Assembly (NCBI GenBank): GCA_964016885.1
Contig: OZ024741.1
Span: 121,830,001-121,894,000, forward strand
DNA: 64,000 bases
Direction: 5' to 3'
DNA from: Eledone cirrhosa
Taxonomy: Eukaryota
Below are positions 53,651-64,000 of this stretch, piece by piece (the first letter of the stretch is position 1; each line of letters begins with the position of its first letter). Position numbers and translations under genes: made by a program. The notes under the pieces are model-generated. The model saw only the letters and a program-made list of their open reading frames with translations. It made no database searches and had not been told where the DNA came from.

Positions 53651-54255
53651 TATACTAGCATAAAAACCACCCTCGGGTGGTTTTCTGCTAGCATGTGTAG
53701 TGTGTATATTGATATTATACGCAAGTATATATACATGTAGATATGATACGTCAAATAAAATCGTAATTGACAACATACACAGAAATTGAACGAAGACTGT
53801 GTTACACTGTCTTATGTAATCAGTAACATAATCCATGATACATTAAAAAAGACGATATTATATATAAAGTGCATTAGGAGAAAATTAGTGACAGAAAATT
53901 AATGTTTATTTAAGCGATCGCCAACCGGAAATGTTGACATTTGAACATTTTAAAGAAGTGAATCTTTAAATAAATAATAGAATATATTTAATGAACAGCC
54001 ACGAAATTTAGTAGATAAATTATGTAATATTCATTCGTTATTTATTCAAAGTAATCCAACTTATTTTACTAATGGGATAAGAAAATTATAAACCGTACGC
54101 AGTCCCGCGCTTCTTACTTTATTATAGTTTAGATATAAAGAAAATCGATGAAGTTTCGTTTACATGTATTTAGCTTTTTATTGTGTATCGATCTGCCTGT
54201 GCATCGAGTGTTCATATTGTTACCACCACCAGTAATTCACTGAAATATATACACT

Positions 54256-54306
<51 letters not shown>

Positions 54307-54500
54307 GTCTTTACGTCCGCTGTGTTTGTGTGTGTTTATTCATGTTACATCCTCTAATTTATCGGTAAGCTACGTTCTGATATTGATATGGTTGACTGAC
54401 TGGTAGCAGTGCCCCAGCATGTCTGCAGTCTAGTGAATGAAACCAGTAATAGAACATTTAAAAAAAACCCAAAGGATATATTATATTGGTGTACTTATAG

Positions 54501-54820
54501 GTCGAAAGAACGGCAAATCGAAACATAAATTGAGAATGTTAAGTGAGCATTATGCGAATATCAACCAATCTGCGCCAGGTCTTCCAGCATGTCATGACAA
54601 ACAAGAAAGATTAAATTGGAAATGCATCGATTTCTGGAACTGTCCGTTTTGTGGAAAAGACGCTTGTATATATGGAGATCTTCCTACAGCCATATTGCTT
54701 CGATTCCAATGTGCTGTAGCTAAATATGCGTTTAAAAGTCAATTCATGATGGCAAATTTTCTAAAATCTTACAGATTTTGGGATATGGAATCGCTGTTTT
54801 GGATTTCACGCTTCGACTAA
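54501..54820 (+). CDS. Host gene last coding exon: C-terminal helices of the CDC25 domain
   Basis: gtacttatag| with phase 1 start. ..ILLRFQCAVAKYAFKSQFMMANFLKSYRFWDMESLFWISRFD* resembles the RasGEF C-terminus (I..FQ....Y.F......FL.......L..LS). AATAAA follows the stop. Confidence 0.75.
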
Positions 54821-55300
54821 ATAAAAATGAAATAAAACCCGAACAAACAAACAAAAACTCTATGCGTCTGTTTTTCTCTGTGAAAAGATTTAGCAGAAAT
54901 ATCTAAAAATGTGTCTGTTAACTTAATTATTTAAAATATCTTTACTTGTGGACAGATCGTTGTGAAAATTTATAGTAAACTAAAGACTAACTTTTAATGT
55001 GATGCTGTGATAGCGTTGATTTATACTTTAACTGGTGGAGGTGGTGGTTGTGCTTTGCACAAAACACACACACTCACACATACAGTATAAATAAATAGAT
55101 ATAAATATACGTACACACATACATATCTTGTAAAATACAACTGAAGTTCGTGTGATAACCACTTTTTGATAGATTTGTTTGGGAAGTGGGTATTTGAGAA
55201 TGCATGTGTTATGATATCTTCCTCACTCTATCACACACGGTGTTGACAAGACATATCGACCCGCAGGTCAGTGGCATAGCAGTGGCTATTCATAACTATC

Positions 55301-55386
<86 letters not shown>

Positions 55387-55391
<5 letters not shown>

Positions 55392-56213
55392 GAATAATCG
55401 AGTATCGGAAAATCAGCTCACGAATTAACGATAAACAAATCCGACATGAGTGGCAGAGGGCTCAATAATTCAGATAAATCAGAGCTATAACTATCGTTAA
55501 AATACGAACACACAAAGATTATGCCTAAAATCACCCATGCAGCCGAAAAAGAACGACCAGGAAGATTCGGGTCACTCAAATAAAATATCAATAAATCAAT
55601 AATTTAAATGAATGTAAAAAACTTACCCGGACCCGCTAGAAAGGTGTTAAATCTAGCTTCTTGGGTTTCTGCAATTCCTTAATCCGTTCGCTATCAGCCC
55701 ACATAAAAATATATAAGACTTCTAGGGAACGAATGGACCGGAAGAACTTTATCAACGGGTTACGTCCGACGAATAAAGAAGTTACCCTTAGCCAGCCGCG
55801 CACATGGTGCCCAGCAAGGGAGATAACCTCCATATTTGCGAAAAATTATCGGTAATGTGGAAATCACATATCGAATCAGAGTGCTCGATAGACATGTTAA
55901 AATAAACAGGAGCTATTCATCATTCAATAGAATCGACAAAAAATGAACAATAAAATTAACTGGTCAATAGCTATGTCTAGAGCTAAATATAATAGAATAA
56001 TCGAGTATCGGAAAATCAGCTCACGAATTAACGATAAACAAATCCGACATGAGTGGCAGAGGGCTCAATAATTCAGATAAATCAGAGCTATAACTATCGT
56101 TAAAATACGAACACACAAAGATTATGCCTAAAATCACCCATGCAGCCGAAAAAGAACGACCAGGAAGATTCGGGTCACTCAAATAAAATATCAATAAATC
56201 AATAATTTAAATG
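55387..56213. mobile_element. Non-coding element with ~225-bp identical direct terminal repeats (602-bp period)
   Basis: 55387-55611 = 55989-56213; TA-rich flanks; diverged monomer at ~56927-57500. Confidence 0.85.
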
Positions 56214-56311
56214 ATATATATATAGTAATAATAATAAATTTGAAGACTAAATCCAAAGAGGGCTCGATAAAAAGCAGCGATTTTTTGCTTAAACTTTAAT
56301 CTGTTATTTTA

Positions 56312-56926
<615 letters not shown>

Positions 56927-57607
56927 AATAAATAATCGAGAATCGGAATCTCGACCCACGAAATAACGAAACACAATCTTCGAAATGTATGGCAAAGGGC
57001 TCAATAGTTTGGATAAACCAGAGCTATAACTATCGTTTAAATACCAACACATAGAGACAGTGCTTAAAATCATTCACACAGCCGAAAAAACAACCAGGAA
57101 AATTCGGGTCACACAAGTAATAAATTAATAAATTAATAAATTAATAAATTAAATGAATGTAAAATCTTACCCGGACCCACTAGAAGGATGTTAAATTCTA
57201 GCTTTATGGGTTTCTGTAGTTCCTTAATCAATTACCGTCAGCCTACATAAAATATATATCTGACTTCTGGTAAAGAGACGAACGAGGAAACTACTTTCTC
57301 AGCAGGCATTTCGTTCAAAAATACAGAGACACCCGACCCGTTACTAAACGCACATGGAGTCCAGCAAGGGAGGGAACCCTATATTAGGCGAATGAATTCA
57401 GTAATGTGTATATTTTTGTAAAAATACAAAATATCACATATCGAATTAGAGTTCTCAACAGACGTGTTAAAATTAACAATAGCTATTCATCAGTCAATAA
57501 AATTTGGGAATAAACAGGGAGCTGTGTGGTTACTTGATAAAGTGTATTTAAAAATAAGAGGAAAGCACAAACGAGGGTCAATCCCTTCATCAGTTGTCTG
57601 CTGGGGA

Positions 57608-57663
<56 letters not shown>

Positions 57664-57948
57664 GCGGGCGCGCACACACAAGCACAAAGACACACACACG
57701 CAAACACACACACACATATATATGTGTGTGTGTGTATGTGTGTGTATGTGTGTGTGTATGTGTGTGCGCGCGCATATAAAGAGAGATGTTGGCGCCAACG
57801 GATATGTTCCTATTCATCTCTCTATCTGTCTCTTTCTGTGTCTGTCTGTCTGTGTCTGTCGTCTGTGTCTGTCTGTCTATTTATATGTTTGCCTCAATAT
57901 CTATCTATGTATCTCTCTTTCTCCCCTATCTCATTCTCTCTCTCTCTC

Positions 57949-58022
<74 letters not shown>

Positions 58023-58117
58023 TACGTAATTCCAAAGGAAAAGCAAAGGAAAAAAGAGTGCTCTATGTATAGAACAGAGCTATTTAATTAGAAATTGAAC
58101 AACATAAAATATAACTA

Positions 58118-58187
58118 CTCCATTACCAAAGGTTTCCGGATCACAGACGAAAGTAATATATACGTCTGGATCGTTCGTCAGATAGAG
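58118..58187 (-). ncRNA. Type I hammerhead ribozyme motif
   Basis: ctctat-CTGACGA-acgatccagacg..cgtctgtgatccg-GAAA-cc-ttt-gg-TA-atggag. Confidence 0.75.
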
Positions 58188-58529
58188 ATGTTATAGATAA
58201 AAGATATGAAATGAAATTTAAAATCTGTTAAAAATTGGAAGTGAGGCCGGAAAAATAACGGGATAAAAAAATATATATATATAGCAATATAGAAAAAGAC
58301 ATGTGTACATACATATAAACACACATACACACATTCAGATAAAAGGATATATGTATATTTATATAATGTGGTTGTGCGCGATTGTATATATGTATTTATG
58401 TGTGCGGTTATCTGCTTGTGTTCATTTGTAATTTTACAAGCTCCAACCTGCTTACTCTCCCACTGAACATATGTATCTATCTGTAGTTTTGTGTATGTAA
58501 TACAAATTCTTTTCTGACTGACAACAACA

Positions 58530-59562
58530 CAGATAGATAAAATGACAAGTCAGTCAATCATATTGGTGGCCTCCCCACAGCCCCGGCGGACAGAATAGAG
58601 AAGGCGTTTCCCCGGTTGACGGCAAGGGAGACGCGCTGGAAAAGCCATTCCAACTCGCGGGGCTCACACCTGCGGCTGGCCTGCTGAGCGCCTATGGTGG
58701 TGAGTAGGGAAGTAGTCCTAAGTCCGAGGACACCAGAGGTCTCCACTGCCAAGGGTTCAACCGCAAACCTGTCAGAGAGCGACCGGTACTTGAAGAGCTT
58801 GGCCTCCTCAGCCCGACGTGCAACAGAACCTGGGTTAGTCGCAGACTGCACCAGGTTGCGGCTGCAGAAAGTGTCGGTGCAAGTGGCATCCCAGACGAGG
58901 GGTTTGCCACCGCGGAACGGGAAGATGGTCATGCCATCTGGCCTTTTGCCGTCCCCTCGGTCCAGCCCCACCGGTTCGAGCTCGGAAGGGAAGCCCGCAG
59001 CGTCCAAGTCATGCTTTATGACCTCGTTGAGGGCAGCATGGCGTCGAAGGCAGCCGGCACTGTGGCGACAGGAAAGCGGGTGGAGGCCGAAAGAATCCTC
59101 GGTGGATCCACAGCGACATTGGTGTGGCTCGCAGATCCGAAGGCCGAGCCTCAAGGAAACGCCGATGGATGGCAAGGCATAGAGTCAGGTACCACTGTGG
59201 GGTTTGGAGGCCGCACGAAAACAGGCAAGGCGGTGCTGGTCGAGCTGGCACGTGAGCCTGTCTGAAGCCAGGCTGCACTGCTTGGCATCCCAAATGCTTT
59301 GGGGGGACTTGACGTCAGCAGGGGGAAAAGGAGGAGAGACGTCTACTGGGCTAAATCCCATCCGGTCCCACGTCTCACGGGCGGCCTCACGTTCCCTGAA
59401 CACAGAGGGTTCTATTGTTTTGGAGAACCCTGCTGACGACGACGCAGCATGAGGTTACCGACGAAAGAAACGCCGGCAAAGCTAGTGAGATCGGGGACCG
59501 GAGGCCAAGGCCACCATACCCGACAGGTAAAGCGGCCTGTTGCCATCCAATGTCGTCATTCA
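58530..59562 (-). mobile_element. CRE-clade RLE LINE, 5'-truncated
   Basis: C.CG..HPLSC..RH..LNEVI, EPVGLDRGDGKRPDG, LVWDATCTDT, PLAVETSG, FQRVSLAVNRGNA; GYGGLG upstream. Confidence 0.85.
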
Positions 59563-59793
59563 TGTTTAACTCTGTGTGTGATGTCTCCGTATCATTTCAT
59601 ATATAATATATATATGCGTGTGTGTGTTCGCGTATATGTTTTCGCAGACTAGTGTGTCTGTGCCATATATATGTATATATGCAAGTATGTGTATATATGT
59701 ATTTGTACACGTCTGTATATGTTTTTTATGTGTGTGAGTGCATCTATATATATGCGTATGTATATGTGTTTGTCCATGCACATGTATGTTTGC

Positions 59794-59833
<40 letters not shown>

Positions 59834-59848
59834 TTGTATGTACGTATG

Positions 59849-59934
<86 letters not shown>

Positions 59935-60145
59935 CTTGACCAACCAGTCTGTCGGGCGCCAATCGACGCCGCTGGTCATAGCACGTCGTGCTGTTTTAGC
60001 TATAAGATAACGCCATCCCACTGGCTGGACGGGCAGGCCGGTACTCAAACCTACAGCTGAGTAAACTGGAGCAACGTGAAATAAAGTGTCTTGCTCAAGG
60101 AAACAACACATCACCCGGTCCGAGAATTGAACTCACAACCTTTCG

Positions 60146-60185
60146 ATTGCAAGCCCAATGCTGTAACCACTAAGCCATGCGCCTT

Positions 60186-60252
<67 letters not shown>

Positions 60253-60937
60253 TTCCTTTTATCTGAATGTGTGTATGTGTGTTTATATGTATGTACACAT
60301 GTCTCTTTCTATATTGCTATGCTATATATATATATTTATAAATGAAAAGTATAGAAATGATTGTAGCAAGAAGCCAACAGTATTCCATAATATATAAGTG
60401 ACTATAGCGTCAACATGGAAAAATAGTTAACGTAAGATGTGGGAAAATAATTCAAATTCAATTCAAAAAGAATCAGGATATAGATTCATCCACAGAATTT
60501 GGTGAAATCCAGGGAAAAATCAATAGAGCCTTAACTCAGAATAAAATAAAGTTTAAAATACTCATCCTTCAATTTGGAAAAACTACAAATGTTCTGTATA
60601 GTCTTAAAGACTATTTCACGAAACTTTCAGTGGGGATGGTCACGGTTGGAGTCGATCATCAGCAGAGCTCAAAGAGACGATAACCAAAGTGCCACTGTTT
60701 ATAATATGCCAAAAAGGGAATTTAAAAGCAGGGTAGTTCAACATCATGCGTAATTATGAAGAAAAACGCACATGTTGAGACAGGGCTGGTGACGTCAGAA
60801 TGAGACGAATGTCTGTTTACATGAAACAATAGTCAAAAACATTCCGAAAAAAACTCTACAATATAAGGAGTTCAGCAAAAGCAATATTATCGCGGTTTAA
60901 AAAAAAAGACCGTGATTAGTCACAAATAAATTTTAAG

Positions 60938-61035
<98 letters not shown>

Positions 61036-61099
61036 CAATATAGAAAAAGACATGTGTACATACATATAAACACACATACACCCATTCAGATAAAAGGAA

Positions 61100-61150
<51 letters not shown>

Positions 61151-61187
61151 GGCGCATGGCTTAGTGGTTACAGCATTGGGATTGCAA
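60146..61187. repeat. Inverted duplication enclosing a hammerhead-bearing segment
   Basis: 60146-60320 (SINE head, (CA)n(TA)n and 70 bp) is inverted at 61032-61187; the 70-bp part also occurs at 58281-58350. Confidence 0.8.
60593..60666 (-). ncRNA. Type I hammerhead ribozyme motif with a stable stem III
   Basis: tctg-CTGATGA-t-cga..tcg-t-GAAA-tagtct-tta-agacta-TA-caga. Confidence 0.75.
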
Positions 61188-61379
61188 TATATATATATAT
61201 ATATATATATATGCAGAGGTTATATTTAATTTGTTGAGATACAAAAAGCTTCAAAATATTTTTAGAACTGATATAAAGCACTCAACAGTTTTTGGAGTAA
61301 ATATATAATATATTAACAAATGGAAACTATATTTATAAAACCATACTTATTTTATTATACATATTTCAAGGGCCACCAA

Positions 61380-62601
<1,222 letters not shown>

Positions 62602-62676
62602 TTATATATATATATATATATATATATTATAAAATAACAGGAGGCTGGACTGGTGTAAATCCTTGAAAGGTTTATT

Positions 62677-62733
62677 ATACTATGATCATTTCAATGACCG
62701 GGTTCAGTATGAATCCGGTGACATCATCAGGTA
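62677..62733 (-). ncRNA. Hammerhead ribozyme motif, second copy of the 45380 family
   Basis: tac-CTGATGA-tgtcaccgg..ccggtcatt-GAAA-tgatca-TA-gta. The host element 62650-62880 ends in a 25-bp hairpin at 62818-62872. Confidence 0.75.
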
Positions 62734-62975
62734 ATTCAAAATATAACAAAGGCATATAACAGATAAAATCCATGGGGCTGAAAATCAGAGACAAGAGGAC
62801 GACCGACTATTTAGCAGCTTCTACTTCTGTCGGCCGCCCTCAAGTTGTGAGGGCGGCCGACAGAGGTAGAAGACGGGTACTTTTCTAGTATATATACATA
62901 TATACATGTACACACAAACTCACTCACACGCAGGTACACACACACACACACAGACACACACACATATATATATAT

Positions 62976-63029
<54 letters not shown>

Positions 63030-63048
63030 ATGTATGTATATATATATG

Positions 63049-63150
<102 letters not shown>

Positions 63151-63308
63151 TATTTCGTTGACAAATATATCAATATGCCCAGACATATAGATATATTGCC
63201 CTTGGTATGACAGTGTGGTTTTAGCTCAATATAGGATAACTAGTATACTACAGAGCCGTTATAGTTATAGGAATAACCAAAGAGTGCTTAGAGATACATT
63301 TTTTTATT

Positions 63309-63355
63309 AGCTAACAGTGTTTCATCCATACACCATGCCAGGAATCCTCAGAGCC
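63309..63355 (-). ncRNA. Hammerhead ribozyme motif
   Basis: ggct-CTGAGGA-t-tcc..gga-t-GAAA-cactg-TT-agct. Confidence 0.6.
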
Positions 63356-64000
63356 TATAAACATGAGTATATCAGTAGTTGCATGCTCCATCGAGCTGCT
63401 TCACCAGAACAAGGTTAAATGACCAGCATGGGGTCCCGAGGCCAGCGCTATATGGAAAAAGACAGATTATATGATGCACATAATGTCATAAAATGTCTTA
63501 AAAGTTTAAAAATAAAAAATTTAAAAATTACACCAAAAATGTATCACTTAAATGGTGCAATAGATGCTAAAGAGATTGGGAGAGGGTAGCAAGGGATGAG
63601 TGAGGGTAATACTCAGCATGATCAGAAACAATAAGAAAATAATAAAAAAATAATAATAATAAAGTATAAAAATAAAGTACAAAAAAACCACGTGGCGGAA
63701 ATATAAATAACATAGCTGTCATTGACAGGTTTGGTTGTGAGTTATCCCTTCTATATATATCTATATATTCTACAGAAATTTGCACTCACTATAATAAACC
63801 CGCCTATTATTATAACAATATATGCTCATTCTGCCATATGTAATTCTGGAAGCGGAGTTTCCTGTATACACTTTTTCTCTATATGTAACGGGATTGCCAT
63901 CACAACTTGTATTTACTGTGGTACAGTTGTATGCGGTGCGATACATTGGTTGAACGCCAACTTGGGCATACAGTGAATTTCACCTGACACGTTGGATTGA

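Noticed and set aside
54133-54165. Additional small host exon
   Set aside because: Weak donor, and it is not needed for phase continuity between 40634 and 54501.
57440-57600. Two minus-strand CTGATGA motifs
   Set aside because: No properly placed GAAA, stem III or stem I partner.

Overview
AT-rich, microsatellite-dense animal genomic DNA. The repeat landscape looks like a coleoid cephalopod (octopus-like); this is an inference. Almost all long ORF-track entries are microsatellite artefacts or transposon debris. The window holds the 3' part of one + strand spliced host gene, reconstructed as 8 phase-compatible GT-AG exons (261-54820). It encodes a divergent RasGEF/CDC25-homology domain split by a ~450-aa insertion. 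That insertion contains a two-exon module duplicated as part of a tandem segmental duplication with ~15-19 kb offset. The two module copies are far more diverged in their exons (mostly non-synonymous changes) than in the flanking introns. The introns and 3' flank contain LINEs (Tx1/L1, CR1/L2, R4/Dong-like, CRE, RTE), a Naiad-type Penelope-like element (PLE), Helitrons, a Chapaev-like DNA transposon and tRNA SINEs. The most striking repeat class is over a dozen non-coding fold-back elements from many sequence families, inserted in (TA)n tracts. They share one architecture: inverted arms plus a one-sided tail of ~60-170 nt. Many of these elements, and some neighbouring non-fold-back ones, carry type I hammerhead ribozyme motifs, often with non-canonical cores. 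All alignments and folds were done by eye.
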